Shown here: one piece after another, positions 49,248 through 59,706 of the stretch
Layout: each line of letters begins with the position of its first letter
Position numbering within the stretch: position 1 is the first letter of the stretch
Assembly: GCA_965205265.1 (NCBI GenBank)
Contig: CBDBGH010000003.1
Span: 1,184,001-1,248,000 of the forward strand
DNA: 64,000 nt
Direction: 5' to 3'
Origin: Alphaproteobacteria bacterium
Lineage (GTDB): Bacteria > Pseudomonadota > Alphaproteobacteria > Bin95
Notes under the pieces: model-generated
Databases searched by the model: none
What the model saw: the letters and a program-made list of their open reading frames with translations, nothing else
Told to the model about the DNA's origin: nothing
Translations under genes and position numbers: made by a program

Positions 49248-50527
49248 TCGGCGCGGGCGTCGTCGATGACTTCCAGGCGATCGAGATCGAAGCGCGGCGG
49301 GTTGCGTTGCAGATCATGGGGCAGGCCGTCGCCCACAGGCTCAATGCCGACCGTTCCGACAACCGGGGACCGTGGCTGTCGTGTGCGTGCGGCGGCGAGG
49401 CGCGCTTCGCCGGCCGCCGGCCCAAGACCTTCACCACCGCTCTCGGCCCTCTGACGCTGGAGCGCGCCTGGTATCACTGCGACCGTTGCCACCGCGGCTT
49501 CAGCCCGCGTGATCGAACCCTCGGCATGCAAGATACTTTCCTCTCACCGGCGGCGCTGCGCATGATCGGCGTTGCTGCTGCCCGTACCAGCTTCGAGGGC
49601 TCCAGCGCCCTGTTGCGCGAACTGGCAGGCCTGGCTGTCGCGCCGAAGACGGTCGAACGCCATGCCGAGGCGCTCGGGCGAGAGATCGCAGGCGACGAAT
49701 GCCGCGTGATCGAACCCGAGCCGTCCGACGCCCCCACCCTCTATCTCGGCCTCGACGGCACCGGCGTGCCGGCGCGCAAGACCGAGGTCGAGGGCCGCGC
49801 GGGCAAGCAGCCCGACGGCTCCGCCAGCACCCGCGAGGCCAAGCTCGCCGTCGTGTGGTCGGCGGAGACCGTCGACAGGGAGGGGCGTCCGGTGCGCGAC
49901 CCCGGCTCCGCCACCTACAACGCCGCCATCGAATCCATCGCCACCCGCGAGTTCGACCCCGAGCCCGCGCCCTTCGCCCGGCGTGTCATCCGCGAGGCCG
50001 AACGCCGCGGCTTCGACACGGCCGAGCGCCGGGTCATCCTCGGCGACGGCGCGCCGTGGATCTGGAACTTCGCCGATGAGCACTTCCCCGACGCCATCCA
50101 GATCGTCGACATCTTCCATGCCAAGGGCCACCTGTTCGACGCAGCCAAGGCGATCTACGGGACCGGCAGCGAGATCGGTGAGCGATGGGCCGGGAAGCGG
50201 CGCGAGGAACTCGACGAGGGCCGCGTCGACGAGGTGATCGCCGCCCTCAAGGGCCATGCCGAAACTTGCGAGAACGCCCGCAAGAACGCCGAGTATTTCA
50301 CCAACAACCGCGAGCGCATGAACTACCCGAAGTTCCGCGCGATGGGCTTGTGCGTGGCCAGCGGCGTGGTCGAGGGCGGCTGCAAGAACATCGTCGGCGC
50401 CCGCCTCAAGCAGGGAGGCATGCGCTGGACCGTCAACGGCGCCAACGCCATCATCGCCCTGCGCTGCGCCGTCGAGAGCAATCGCTTCGACGACTTCTGG
50501 GAACGACGAGCCGGCGCAATACCATGA
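49145..50527 (+). CDS. ISKra4-family transposase, probably translated by -1 frameshift from ORF1
   Basis: LDGTGVP, GDGAPWI, VDIFHA, SGVVEGGCK and RLKQGGMRW motifs. Confidence 0.9.
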   Translation: MRCQAGRGQAGRAGKKGGLDAAIAEEVEAEVEWLIGAGVVDDFQAIEIEARRVALQIMGQAVAHRLNADRSDNRGPWLSCACGGEARFAGRRPKTFTTALGPLTLERAWYHCDRCHRGFSPRDRTLGMQDTFLSPAALRMIGVAAARTSFEGSSALLRELAGLAVAPKTVERHAEALGREIAGDECRVIEPEPSDAPTLYLGLDGTGVPARKTEVEGRAGKQPDGSASTREAKLAVVWSAETVDREGRPVRDPGSATYNAAIESIATREFDPEPAPFARRVIREAERRGFDTAERRVILGDGAPWIWNFADEHFPDAIQIVDIFHAKGHLFDAAKAIYGTGSEIGERWAGKRREELDEGRVDEVIAALKGHAETCENARKNAEYFTNNRERMNYPKFRAMGLCVASGVVEGGCKNIVGARLKQGGMRWTVNGANAIIALRCAVESNRFDDFWERRAGAIP

Positions 50528-50623
50528 ATCTCACAAATGCGACGTGCACCCTTGACGCTGCCTCCGGCTTGCCGGCCTGCGACAAATTGTGCTAGCTGAC
50601 TGCGGCTCCCGCCGGAGGTTCGC

Positions 50624-51574
50624 GTGCCGCTGAAAGGCCTTCCGCTCTGTCTCGCCGCCGCTATGGCGGCAGTCTTGCCGGGGCACCTTCGGGCCGATGA
50701 CGCCTATCTGGACCGCACGGTCGAATGGGTGGTTCCGTTCGGGCCGGGCGGCGGGTCGGACCGCTGGGCGCGCGTCATGTCCTCGGCAGCCATCGACGCT
50801 TTCGGCCAGGCGTGGCATGTGCGCAACCGGGGCGGGGAGGAAGGCCGGCTAGGCTGGCGCTACATGCTCGACCAGCCTCCCGACGGCTACACCATCCTGC
50901 AAGGCAGCATGACGCCTGTCATTGCGGCGCTCAGGGATCCCGGCTCCGACCTCAATCCGGAAGACCTGAAGATCGCGGCGTTCATCTCGTCGATAAAGAC
51001 GCATCTGGTCGCCGCGCCGGACTCGGAGTTCCACAGCTGGGACAAGCTGGCGGCCCGGCCGCCGTCCAGCGTCCCGCCGCGAATCGGCGGGACCTCCGCC
51101 ATGCTGCTGGCCGCCGCCACCGGCCTGGACAGGCTCGGGGTTCCCGCCACGCTGCACCGCTATTCCGGCACGGGCGAGGCGGTGGAAGCGCTTATGGCCG
51201 GGCAGGTCGATATGGCGGCCGTCAGCACCTCGACCGTGTTTTCGCTCGCGGGGCGGGCGTCCGCCGTCATCAATCTCGGCGCACGCGACAACACCCCGGC
51301 AATCAAGGAGAAGATCGGCGACGTTCCCTGGATCGGCGCGCTCGGGGCCGTCGGCGTCGGGGTTCCGCGCTGGGTGGGCGTTCATCCGGAAACGCCGGAC
51401 GATGCGGTCGAACGCATCTCCGACGGCGTGGGCAGGGTGCTTGCGGACAAGTCCGTCATCAAGCTGATGGCCAGGCTCGGCGAGGAAATCCACTATCTGC
51501 CGCGCGACGCCGCCGCCGCCGCCTATGGAGAACTGCTGGAGCGCATGAAGGAATTGCTCGACCGTATGCCGTAG
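50624..51574 (+). CDS. Tripartite tricarboxylate transporter substrate-binding protein (TctC/Bug)
   Basis: Signal peptide plus VVPFGPGGGSD, PDGYTI and YSGTG..AL..GQVD. Confidence 0.85.
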   Translation: MPLKGLPLCLAAAMAAVLPGHLRADDAYLDRTVEWVVPFGPGGGSDRWARVMSSAAIDAFGQAWHVRNRGGEEGRLGWRYMLDQPPDGYTILQGSMTPVIAALRDPGSDLNPEDLKIAAFISSIKTHLVAAPDSEFHSWDKLAARPPSSVPPRIGGTSAMLLAAATGLDRLGVPATLHRYSGTGEAVEALMAGQVDMAAVSTSTVFSLAGRASAVINLGARDNTPAIKEKIGDVPWIGALGAVGVGVPRWVGVHPETPDDAVERISDGVGRVLADKSVIKLMARLGEEIHYLPRDAAAAAYGELLERMKELLDRMP

Positions 51575-51636
51575 GCGAATGATTCCGTCTTCGCGCCATA
51601 TAGCGGCGGCGGCGGGTTTCCGTTAGCATCCGGTGA

Positions 51637-52071
51637 ATGAGCGCGAATGTGGAAGTGCCGCTCGCAGCGGACCTCGACGAGTTGTCCCGTCTGGCGGAGG
51701 CGGTGGAGGATTTCGGCGGAGCGAACGATTTGCCGCCGGGTGCGATGTTCAAGCTCAACCTCTGCTTCGACGAATTGATTACCAACGCCATTTCCTACGG
51801 TTTCGAGGCGCCGGACAAGGCGGCTCTCTCCGTGGCGCTCGCAGTAGAGGACGGCGCCGTGGTCGCGGTAATCCGCGACAACGGCCGGCCCTTCGATCCG
51901 TTCACCGAAGCGCCGGAGGCCGACACCACCCTGGCCGTCGAGGACCGGCCTATCGGCGGCCTCGGCGTGTTGCTCGTGCGCGAATCGATGGACGATTTCT
52001 CCTATGAGCGGCGCGACGGCTTCAATGTGGTCACGCTGCGCCTGAAACTCGACGGGCAGGAGACTCCGTGA
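51637..52071 (+). CDS. RsbW-like anti-sigma factor / Ser-Thr kinase (HATPase_c_2)
   Basis: ELITNAISYG, DNGRPFDP and GGLGV.LV..MD motifs. Confidence 0.88.
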   Translation: MSANVEVPLAADLDELSRLAEAVEDFGGANDLPPGAMFKLNLCFDELITNAISYGFEAPDKAALSVALAVEDGAVVAVIRDNGRPFDPFTEAPEADTTLAVEDRPIGGLGVLLVRESMDDFSYERRDGFNVVTLRLKLDGQETP

Positions 52072-52913
52072 CGGAGGAACCCCGCCGCTCTTTCTTCAAC
52101 GAATCGACGGGCCGCGCTCCCGGCCGCGGCAGGCTCGCGGGCAGGCGGATCCTGGTGGTGGGCGGCGGCCAGCGCGATATCGAGGACCCCGATCCCCCGA
52201 TCGGCAACGGCCGGGCGGCCACCATCCTCTATGCCCGCGAAGGCGCCCATGTCGCCTGCGCGGACGTTTCCGGGCCGGCCGCCGACGGAACGGTCGCCGC
52301 AGTCGCGGAAGAAGGCGGCCGCGCCTTCGCAATCGAGGCGGATGTCGCGGATCCGGCGGCGGTCGACTCCATGGTGGCAGACGCCGCGGAGCGGCTGGAC
52401 GGCCTGGACGGGCTGCTGCTGAATGTGGGCGTCAGCGGCCCGCCGCTGGGCCTCGCCGGCGAGTCCCCGGACGAATGGGACCGCGTGATGGCGATCAATC
52501 TGCGCAGCCACATGCTGACCTGCCGGGCGGCCCTGCCGATATTGGCCGACGGTTCCAGCATCGTGTTCATCGCCTCCGTTTCGGGCATGCGCCCCAATAC
52601 CGCCAAACCGTCCTACGACGCCTCGAAGACGGCGTTGAAGGGGCTTTGCGGCCATGTCGCGCAGGAAGGCCATGGGCGGGGGATCCGCGCCAATATCGTC
52701 GCGCCCGGGCTGATGGACACTGCGCTGGGGCGCAACGCCAGCCGCCGGCGCCCCGCCCGGAACGCGAAACCCCTGCCGTTCGACCGCCAGGGGACGGGCT
52801 GGGAGACTGCTTACGCATCCCTGTTCCTGATGTCGCGTGAAAGCGCCTATATCACCGCCCAGACCCTGGTCGTCGATGGCGGGCTGATCGACCTTTGGTG
52901 GCGAGCCGGTTGA
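52068..52913 (+). CDS. Short-chain dehydrogenase/reductase
   Basis: GGG...IGNGRA, YDASK and NIVAPGLMDT motifs. Confidence 0.9.
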   Translation: MTEEPRRSFFNESTGRAPGRGRLAGRRILVVGGGQRDIEDPDPPIGNGRAATILYAREGAHVACADVSGPAADGTVAAVAEEGGRAFAIEADVADPAAVDSMVADAAERLDGLDGLLLNVGVSGPPLGLAGESPDEWDRVMAINLRSHMLTCRAALPILADGSSIVFIASVSGMRPNTAKPSYDASKTALKGLCGHVAQEGHGRGIRANIVAPGLMDTALGRNASRRRPARNAKPLPFDRQGTGWETAYASLFLMSRESAYITAQTLVVDGGLIDLWWRAG

Positions 52914-52990
52914 CGGCCCGCGGCGCTGGAGCGCCGGCATGACGGGTTCTATAAGTAGCCCGCAGAGGACGGGGCGCGGAAGGCGACGGG

Positions 52991-54259
52991 ATGCTGGACC
53001 TCAGGTGGATAAGGGAGAGCCCGGAGGCGCTCGACCGGGCCTTGGGGCGACGGAGGGAGCCCCCCGCCGCAGCCCGCGTGGGCGCGCTCGACGCCGAACG
53101 GCGCGCCTGCCAGACCCGTTTCCAGGAGTGCCGCCAGCGCCGCAATGCGCTCTCCCGCGAGATCGGCAGGGCAAAGGCGGCCGGCGAGCCGGCCGATGAG
53201 CTGATCGCGGAAGTCTCGCGCCTCAAGGACGAGGAGCGGGACGCCGAAGAGGCCGAGCGCAAGGCGGCTGCGGAACTGGACGCGCTGCTCGAAGGCATGC
53301 CGAACCCGCCGGACGAGGATGTGCCGGACGGAACGGACGAGGCCGGCAATGTCGAGCTCAGCCGGACCGGCGCGCGTCCTGAGTTCGATTTCGCGCCGAA
53401 GGACCATGTCGAGCTCGGCGAGGCGCTCGGCCTGATGGATTTCGAGCGGGCGGCGTTCCTGTCCGGCGCCCGCTTCGTCGTCCTGCGCGGCGCGCTCGCC
53501 CGGCTGGAGCGGGCGCTTGCCCAGTTCATGCTGGACGTGCACACGGAGGAGTTCGGCTACGAGGAGGTATCGCCGCCGACGCTGGTCCGCAGTCCGGCGC
53601 TGTTCGGCACCGGCCAGTTGCCGAAATTCGAGCAGGACCAGTTCAGGACCGATACCGGCCACTGGCTGATTCCGACGGCGGAAGTGCCGCTCACCAACAT
53701 GGCGGGGGGGCGCATTCTGGCGGAGGAGGAATTGCCGCTGCGCTTTACTGCCTTCACGCCGTGCTATCGCTCGGAAGCAGGCTCAGCCGGGCGCGACACG
53801 CGCGGCATGATCCGCTTGCATGAGTTCCGGAAGGTCGAGTTGGTTTCGATTGCCCATCCCGACGCTTCGGCCGGGGAACATGAGCGGATGACGCGGGCGG
53901 CGGAAACGGTTCTGGAACGCCTAGAGCTTCCCTGGCGGCGCGTCATCCTCTGCACGGGGGACATGGGCGCCGCCGCGCGCAAGACCTACGATCTTGAAGT
54001 ATGGCTGCCGGGGCAGGGCGCCTACCGCGAAATCTCGAGTTGCTCCAATTGCGGCGACTACCAGGCGCGGCGGATGAACGCGCGCTTCCGCCCGGCGGGA
54101 AGCAAGGCGACGCGCTTCGTGCATACCCTGAACGGGTCCGGGCTGGCCGTGGGCCGGACGCTGGTTGCCCTGCTGGAAAACGGCCAGCAGGCCGACGGGT
54201 CGGTTGTGCTGCCGCCGGCGATTCGTCCCTATATGGGGGGGCGCGAGCGCCTTGAATAG
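52991..54259 (+). CDS. serS: Serine--tRNA ligase
   Basis: [35 protein letters not shown] and [12 protein letters not shown] motifs. Confidence 0.99.
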   Translation: MLDLRWIRESPEALDRALGRRREPPAAARVGALDAERRACQTRFQECRQRRNALSREIGRAKAAGEPADELIAEVSRLKDEERDAEEAERKAAAELDALLEGMPNPPDEDVPDGTDEAGNVELSRTGARPEFDFAPKDHVELGEALGLMDFERAAFLSGARFVVLRGALARLERALAQFMLDVHTEEFGYEEVSPPTLVRSPALFGTGQLPKFEQDQFRTDTGHWLIPTAEVPLTNMAGGRILAEEELPLRFTAFTPCYRSEAGSAGRDTRGMIRLHEFRKVELVSIAHPDASAGEHERMTRAAETVLERLELPWRRVILCTGDMGAAARKTYDLEVWLPGQGAYREISSCSNCGDYQARRMNARFRPAGSKATRFVHTLNGSGLAVGRTLVALLENGQQADGSVVLPPAIRPYMGGRERLE

Positions 54260-54959
54260 GAAACGTCGAGGAACCGCGCCGCATGGCGGGGCGGAAGCGC
54301 CCCCGACGCCTGGCGCCACGCGCGCGCGGCTGCTGATGATGCTGCGCGGGTCCGGCGTTATCGACGAGAAGGTACTTGCGGCCATCGAACGCACGCCGCG
54401 CGATGCCTTCGTCCCGGCGCTGTTTCGCGACCAGGCCTATGAAGACACGGCCCTGCCGATCGGCAACGGCCAGACGATCAGCCGCCCGAGCGTTGTCGCC
54501 TTCATGACGGCCATGCTGGCGCCGGGGCCGCGCATGCGCGTGCTGGAGATCGGCACCGGCTCCGGCTACCAGGCCGCCGTGCTCACCTGGCTCTGCCGCA
54601 GGGTTTACACGATGGAACGGCACCGGCTGCTTCTCTCGGAGGCCGAGGCGCGGTTCGAACGGCTGGGGATCACCAACATCACCACACGCTGCGGCGACGG
54701 CGTGCGCGGCTGGCCCCGGGCGGGCCAGTTCGACCGTATCCTGGTTACGGCGGCGGCAGACGATGTGCCGACGGCGCTGGTGGAGCAGCTTGCCGAGGGC
54801 GGCCGGATGCTGGTGCCGATCCGCGAGTCCCATGGCGTGCAGCGGCTGGTCTGCCTGTCCCGGGCGGAGGGCGGCGTCGAGGCCGAAGCCCTGCGCGAGA
54901 CCTCCTTCGTGCCGCTGGTCGGCGCCTATGACGAGCCGGCCTCGCAGGAGGCCGCGTAA
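54252..54959 (+). CDS. pcm: Protein-L-isoaspartate O-methyltransferase
   Basis: [34 protein letters not shown] and FVPLV; start uncertain. Confidence 0.95.
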   Translation: MNRKRRGTAPHGGAEAPPTPGATRARLLMMLRGSGVIDEKVLAAIERTPRDAFVPALFRDQAYEDTALPIGNGQTISRPSVVAFMTAMLAPGPRMRVLEIGTGSGYQAAVLTWLCRRVYTMERHRLLLSEAEARFERLGITNITTRCGDGVRGWPRAGQFDRILVTAAADDVPTALVEQLAEGGRMLVPIRESHGVQRLVCLSRAEGGVEAEALRETSFVPLVGAYDEPASQEAA

Positions 54960-56104
54960 TGCGGACCGTTGCCCTCCTCGCCGCGCTGCTGCTCTCCGCC
55001 TGCGGCTGGGTCGAGGTTGCCGACCCCGGCAGGCCGGCGAAGCCGCCCGGGGCCTCGGGCGCAAGCAAGGCCGTGTCGGAAGACGGCCGGATCCGGGTGC
55101 GGAAGGGAGACAGCGTCTATCTCATCGCGAGACGCCACGGCGTCGCGATGCGCGACATTATCGAGCGCAACCGGCTGACGGCGCCCTACCATCTCAGGGA
55201 GGGGCAAGTGCTGGTCCTGCCGGCCCCGCGCGAGCATGTGGTGGAAGCCGGCGACTCGTTGTGGCTGATTTCGCAGCGATACGACGTTCCGATCGCCGCA
55301 CTGGTGCGCGCCAACGGGTTGAAGGAGCCCTATACGATCTACAGGGGAACGGCGCTCCGCATCCCCAGGCGGACGGAGCCGCCTCCGGAGGATGCCACCG
55401 AAGCGCGCAAGGAGCCCGCGCCCGACCGCAGGTCGCCGGCGGCGGCAACCGCCGCAGGCGCGCCGCCGGTCCCCAGACCGGCGCCTGTCGCACAGGCGAA
55501 AGCGCCGCCGTCGGGCGGACCCGGCGCGGCCGGGTCCCGCGATGCCGCGCCCGCGCCGAGGCGCGCGTCGGCCCCGGCTGCCGCCTCGACGCCCGCGCCG
55601 CGCAAGGAGGCGGCAGCGAAATCCGCGCCTAGCAAGGCGACGGCGGAGAAACCCGCGCCGCGAACCGTGGCCAGGCCGCCGGCCGCGCCGGTCCAGACAG
55701 CCCTCAAGCCGTTGCCGCCCCGCGCCGGACGGTTCCTGCGCCCCCTGGCCGGACCGGTCGTCACCGGGTTCGGGCCGCAGCCGGACGGCCTGCACAATGA
55801 CGGCATCAACATAGCCGCGACACGCGGCGCGGCCGTGCACTCGGCGGAGGCCGGGCGGGTGGCCTATGCCGGCAACGAGCTGCCGGGATACGGAAACCTG
55901 CTGCTCATCAGGCATCGCGGCGGTTGGGTCTCGGCCTACGCCCACAATGACCGCCTGCTGGTCGCGCGGGGAGACGAGGTCCGGCGCGGGCAGAGGATCG
56001 CGCTGGTCGGCAGCAGCGGCCGGGTAACGACCCCGCAACTCCATTTCGAACTGAGGCGGCAGGGACGCGCCGTCGATCCCGCCCCCCATCTCGACGGCGG
56101 CTGA
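54959..56104 (+). CDS. nlpD: LysM/M23 lipoprotein (NlpD-like)
   Basis: Lipobox LSAC, two LysM domains, Pro/Ala linker, HNDGINI and YAH...LHFE. Confidence 0.9.
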   Translation: MRTVALLAALLLSACGWVEVADPGRPAKPPGASGASKAVSEDGRIRVRKGDSVYLIARRHGVAMRDIIERNRLTAPYHLREGQVLVLPAPREHVVEAGDSLWLISQRYDVPIAALVRANGLKEPYTIYRGTALRIPRRTEPPPEDATEARKEPAPDRRSPAAATAAGAPPVPRPAPVAQAKAPPSGGPGAAGSRDAAPAPRRASAPAAASTPAPRKEAAAKSAPSKATAEKPAPRTVARPPAAPVQTALKPLPPRAGRFLRPLAGPVVTGFGPQPDGLHNDGINIAATRGAAVHSAEAGRVAYAGNELPGYGNLLLIRHRGGWVSAYAHNDRLLVARGDEVRRGQRIALVGSSGRVTTPQLHFELRRQGRAVDPAPHLDGG

Positions 56105-56115
56105 GCGCGAGGGGT

Positions 56116-57264
56116 TCAGGCCCCGGCCAGGAAATCCCGGATGGCGAGCGCTTCGTCGAGCCCCGATGCCACATAGTCGGGCTCCAGCGGCAGGGCGCGG
56201 GAGGAAAAGCGCACGACCACGACTTCGGCGCGCCGGTCCACATAGAGGTTCTGGCCGTGTATGCCGATGCCGAAGATCAGGGGATTTTCGCCGCGGAGCA
56301 CATAGCATTGCGACCGGTAGTGCATCGGCCGGCCCGGAAGGAACGGGGCGAAATCTCCCGCATTCCAAGCCTCCGGGTCGCCATTGCGTTCGATATCGTC
56401 GATCCAGCGCTCCGGCAGCACCTGCCGCCCGTCCCGGCGGCCGTTCCCGACGATCAGCTGTCCGATGCGGGCGAGGTCGCGGGCGGCGACGCACATGCCG
56501 CCGGCCGCGCGCGGCGCGCCCAGCCGGTCCACGGTGATATAGGCCGGGCGCTCGGCGCCGGCCGGGGCCCAGAGCAGGCGGCCCATCAGGTCCGCATAGC
56601 GCTCGCCCGTCGCCCGCTCGATGACCCAGGCGAGCAGGTCGGTATTGGTCGAGACATAGTGGAAGCGCTGCCCGTGCAGCCCGTCCGTCCCGGTCAGCTG
56701 CGCGTAGAAGGACCGGAGGTCGGAGGGCGGCTCGTCCGGCTCGGGCGGGTTCCAGCCCGTCGCGCGGCGATAGGCGACGATCGGCCCGTCGGCGGCCATG
56801 TAGTCCTCGTCGAAGAGTATGCCCGCGCGCATGTCGAGCAGATGGCGCACCGTCGCGCCGCGATAGGCGGTGTCCCGGACCTCGGGCACATAGTCGGCGA
56901 CGGGCGCTTCGGTATCGAGACGGCCGGACTCCGCCAGGATGCCCGCCAGCAGGCCCAGCATGGATTTCGAGACCGACATGAGGATGTGGGGCGTGCCGCC
57001 CGTCATGCCGTCCGCATAGCGTTCCGCCACGATGCGGCCGCGATGGAGCGCTAGCAGGGCGTCGCAGCCCGCGGCCATCCCGTCGAAGCCGGGCAGAGCC
57101 GCCGGCGCCTCGGGCAGGGGGCGCACCGAGGCCGGATCGTTCGCGATTTCCGCCGAGGGAATCAGCTCCCGCACATGGCTGAAGGCCCAGCGGTTGAAGG
57201 GTGCGGTCCGCCAGTTTGCGAGCGTGACCTGCGACTCCGGCGGAGGCGGGAAACGGTCCATCAT
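56116..57264 (-). CDS. Beta-lactamase-fold serine hydrolase (NylB 6-aminohexanoate-dimer hydrolase-like)
   Basis: MSVSKS (SxxK), LLDMR, FHYVS.NTD and GIHGQ motifs. Confidence 0.9.
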   Translation of the reverse strand: MMDRFPPPPESQVTLANWRTAPFNRWAFSHVRELIPSAEIANDPASVRPLPEAPAALPGFDGMAAGCDALLALHRGRIVAERYADGMTGGTPHILMSVSKSMLGLLAGILAESGRLDTEAPVADYVPEVRDTAYRGATVRHLLDMRAGILFDEDYMAADGPIVAYRRATGWNPPEPDEPPSDLRSFYAQLTGTDGLHGQRFHYVSTNTDLLAWVIERATGERYADLMGRLLWAPAGAERPAYITVDRLGAPRAAGGMCVAARDLARIGQLIVGNGRRDGRQVLPERWIDDIERNGDPEAWNAGDFAPFLPGRPMHYRSQCYVLRGENPLIFGIGIHGQNLYVDRRAEVVVVRFSSRALPLEPDYVASGLDEALAIRDFLAGA

Positions 57265-57280
57265 GTCTTCTGTCCTCTAA

Positions 57281-57592
57281 CCCGCCTTTCTCACCAGGGT
57301 CATGGTCTGCGCGGCGCTGTCGGGCCGGCAGGGTAGGAAAGACGCGTAGCGCGATGCAGGGACATCGGGCAAGCGGCTTGACGCATCCTGCCGGCCCGAC
57401 AGCGCCGCCCTCCGGGTCGCGTCCAGGCATCCGCCCGCGGCGGCGTAAACGCCGCCATCCATACAGTTCGCCGCGTTGCGCGCGGCGGCGTCGCGGGCCT
57501 CAACCGTAGGCACCGCTACGCTTTTCGGCCCACTCCTTGCGGAGCGAACGCCTGGACGCGACGCAGGCCGTGACGCTGGTGAGAAAGGCGGG
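57281..57592. mobile_element. 312-bp MITE with ~35-bp imperfect TIRs and CTAA duplication
   Basis: CCCGCCTTTCTCACCAG ... CTGGTGAGAAAGGCGGG; CTAA at 57277-57280 and 57593-57596. Confidence 0.8.
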
Positions 57593-57612
57593 CTAAAGGC
57601 CGGCGGCGCGGA

Positions 57613-58929
57613 TCATAGCGGGAGGCGCACGCGGACGCCGAGGCCGCCTTCCGGCGAGTTGCCCAGGTGAATGTCGCCGCCATGGCTCTGGACCACATCG
57701 CGCGCGATGGAAAGGCCGAGCCCGATGCCGCCGGGCTTGCCTCCCTGCGGCCGGTCGCGACGGTAGAAGGGGCGAAAGACCTTTTCCCGGTCCGCAGTCG
57801 GCACGCCCGGCCCGTCGTCGTCGATCCCGATCTCGAACCATTCGCCCTGTTCCCGGCAGGCGATCCAGACCTGGTTGCCGTAACGCATCGCATTGTCGAT
57901 CAGGTTGACGAGGCAGCGCCTGATCGCGGTTGCCTGCACGGGGATTTTCGGCGCGCTCGCGATGCGCAGGTCGATGGAGCCGCCGGCCCGGCGCGCGCCG
58001 GTCACGACATCCTCGATCAGTTCGCCCAGGTCGGTCTCCACCGCCGCTTCGCCCCCTTCGCCGCGGGCGAATGCCAGATAGGCTTCCAGCATCGCCTCCA
58101 TTTCGACGATATCGGCCTGCAGGCCGCGCGCATCGTCGTTCTCCGGCAGCAGGGCGAGCGCCACCTTCATGCGCGCAAGCGGCGTGCGCAGGTCGTGCGA
58201 GACGTCGGCCAGCATTTCCGTGTGCTGGTCTATCTGGCGGCGGATGCGCTCGCGCATGCGGCGGAAGGCGACGGTCGCGCGGCGCACTTCCGAGGCGCCC
58301 GCCAGTTTCGGGTCCTTGGCCTCCCGCCCCTTGCCATAGGCGTCGGCCGCTTCCGCAAGGCGCCTGATGGGCCGGATCTGGTTGCGCATGAACAGCCCGG
58401 CAACGGCGAACAGGATCATCGAGGTTCCCACCATCCAGAGCGCCCAGAAGGTCGTGGTGGAGCTGAACAGCCGCCGCCGCGGGGCGACGACATGCAGCAC
58501 GCTCTCCTTGAGCTGGACCTTGATGACGATTTCGTGCTCGAAGGTGGTCGTGTCGAATTGGAAAGGCCGCCGCACGCGGTTGGTCAGCTCCCGCGCCAGC
58601 AAGGTGTCGAGGCCGCCCTTCGGTTCCGGCTGCGGGCGGTTCGGCAGGATGGCGCCCGGCGCGATGGTCGCGCGGAGGTCGGTGCGGTCGGCGAGCAGCA
58701 CCAGCAGCGCCCCCTGCGCATCGGCGCCCGGAAACCTGTCCATCGCGTCTATGACCAGGCCGATCTCGCCTGCCACGCCTGCCGCCAGGCGCTTCATGAT
58801 GATGTGCCAGTGCCGCTCGTAGAAGATCCAGGTCGAGACGATCTGCAGCAGGATGAGCGGCATCACGATGATGATGAGGGAGCGCGCAAACAGCGTGCGC
58901 GGCAGGAAGCGGTCCAGACGCCCGGCCAT
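57613..58929 (-). CDS. EnvZ-like sensor histidine kinase
   Basis: Two TM segments, HAMP, VSHDLRTPL, NLIDNA, DDGPG and GLGLSI. Confidence 0.95.
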   Translation of the reverse strand: MAGRLDRFLPRTLFARSLIIIVMPLILLQIVSTWIFYERHWHIIMKRLAAGVAGEIGLVIDAMDRFPGADAQGALLVLLADRTDLRATIAPGAILPNRPQPEPKGGLDTLLARELTNRVRRPFQFDTTTFEHEIVIKVQLKESVLHVVAPRRRLFSSTTTFWALWMVGTSMILFAVAGLFMRNQIRPIRRLAEAADAYGKGREAKDPKLAGASEVRRATVAFRRMRERIRRQIDQHTEMLADVSHDLRTPLARMKVALALLPENDDARGLQADIVEMEAMLEAYLAFARGEGGEAAVETDLGELIEDVVTGARRAGGSIDLRIASAPKIPVQATAIRRCLVNLIDNAMRYGNQVWIACREQGEWFEIGIDDDGPGVPTADREKVFRPFYRRDRPQGGKPGGIGLGLSIARDVVQSHGGDIHLGNSPEGGLGVRVRLPL

Positions 58930-59630
58930 CAGTCGGACCGCAAGGCGTAGCCGCGCCCCCAGATCGTGACCAGGTAGCGCGGGTGTTTGGGGTCGGGTTC
59001 GAGCTTGCGCCTGAGCCGGGCGACCTGCACATCGACGGCCCGCCCGGAGCCGACGCTCATCACGGCGAGTTCCTCGCGCGAGACCGTGCCGCCGCCCCTG
59101 AGAGAGAGGGCGCTCATCAGCATCGCTTCCGCCGGTGCGAGGCGGCGGACGCTGCCGTCCTCGTGTTCCAGGCTCTCGCGCCCGGCGGTCCAGGCGAGCG
59201 GGCCGAAGCGGAGCGTCTCGCGCCGGGCGGTTTCGCGGCGGCGCAGGATCGTGCGGATGCGCAGCACCAGTTCGCGCGGCTCGAAGGGCTTGACCATGTA
59301 GTCTTCCGCGCCCGCTTCGAGGCCGCGCACCCGGTCCTCGGGCTCGTCCATCGCCGTCAGCAGCAATATCGGCGTGGCGTTGCCGGACGCCGTCAGCGCC
59401 GCGCTGAGTTCGAGGCCCGACTCGCCCGGGAGCATGATGTCCAGCACCACCAGGTCGAAGGCGATGCCCGCCATGGCGCGCCGGGCCGCCTCGGCTTCCT
59501 CCATCGCCGTCACCCTGAAGCCCGACCCGGAGAGGTAGCGCTTCAGGAGCGCGCGCAGCCGCTCGTCGTCGTCCACCAGCAGGATATGGGGAAGGTCCTG
59601 CGAACGGGCGGGCGAAATCGCTTCACGCAT
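58929..59630 (-). CDS. OmpR-family response regulator
   Basis: LVDDD, LDIMLPG, KPF and winged-helix VDVQV.RLRRK...GRGY. Confidence 0.95.
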   Translation of the reverse strand: MREAISPARSQDLPHILLVDDDERLRALLKRYLSGSGFRVTAMEEAEAARRAMAGIAFDLVVLDIMLPGESGLELSAALTASGNATPILLLTAMDEPEDRVRGLEAGAEDYMVKPFEPRELVLRIRTILRRRETARRETLRFGPLAWTAGRESLEHEDGSVRRLAPAEAMLMSALSLRGGGTVSREELAVMSVGSGRAVDVQVARLRRKLEPDPKHPRYLVTIWGRGYALRSD

Positions 59631-59706
59631 GATCGGAAATCCGCCATAAGCTGCGAGGCTGCGTTCCGGTATCATATCGTGCCCGAAGAACGAGGAGAAA
59701 TGCGCG

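Larger units (their letters stand above)
48737..50552 (+). mobile_element. ISKra4-like (IS256 superfamily) insertion sequence
   Basis: TIR GGGTGCACGTC ... GACGTGCACCC; TGACGCTGC duplicated at 48728-48736 and 50553-50561 (8-9 bp). Confidence 0.9.

Noticed and set aside
50624-52071. Orphan tctC and orphan rsbW as a novel module carried by the adjacent IS
   Set aside because: Both lie outside the IS ends and TSD, and orphan Bug/TctC and RsbW genes are common
55370-55720. Low-complexity Pro/Ala-rich stretch
   Set aside because: Normal flexible linker of NlpD-like lipoproteins
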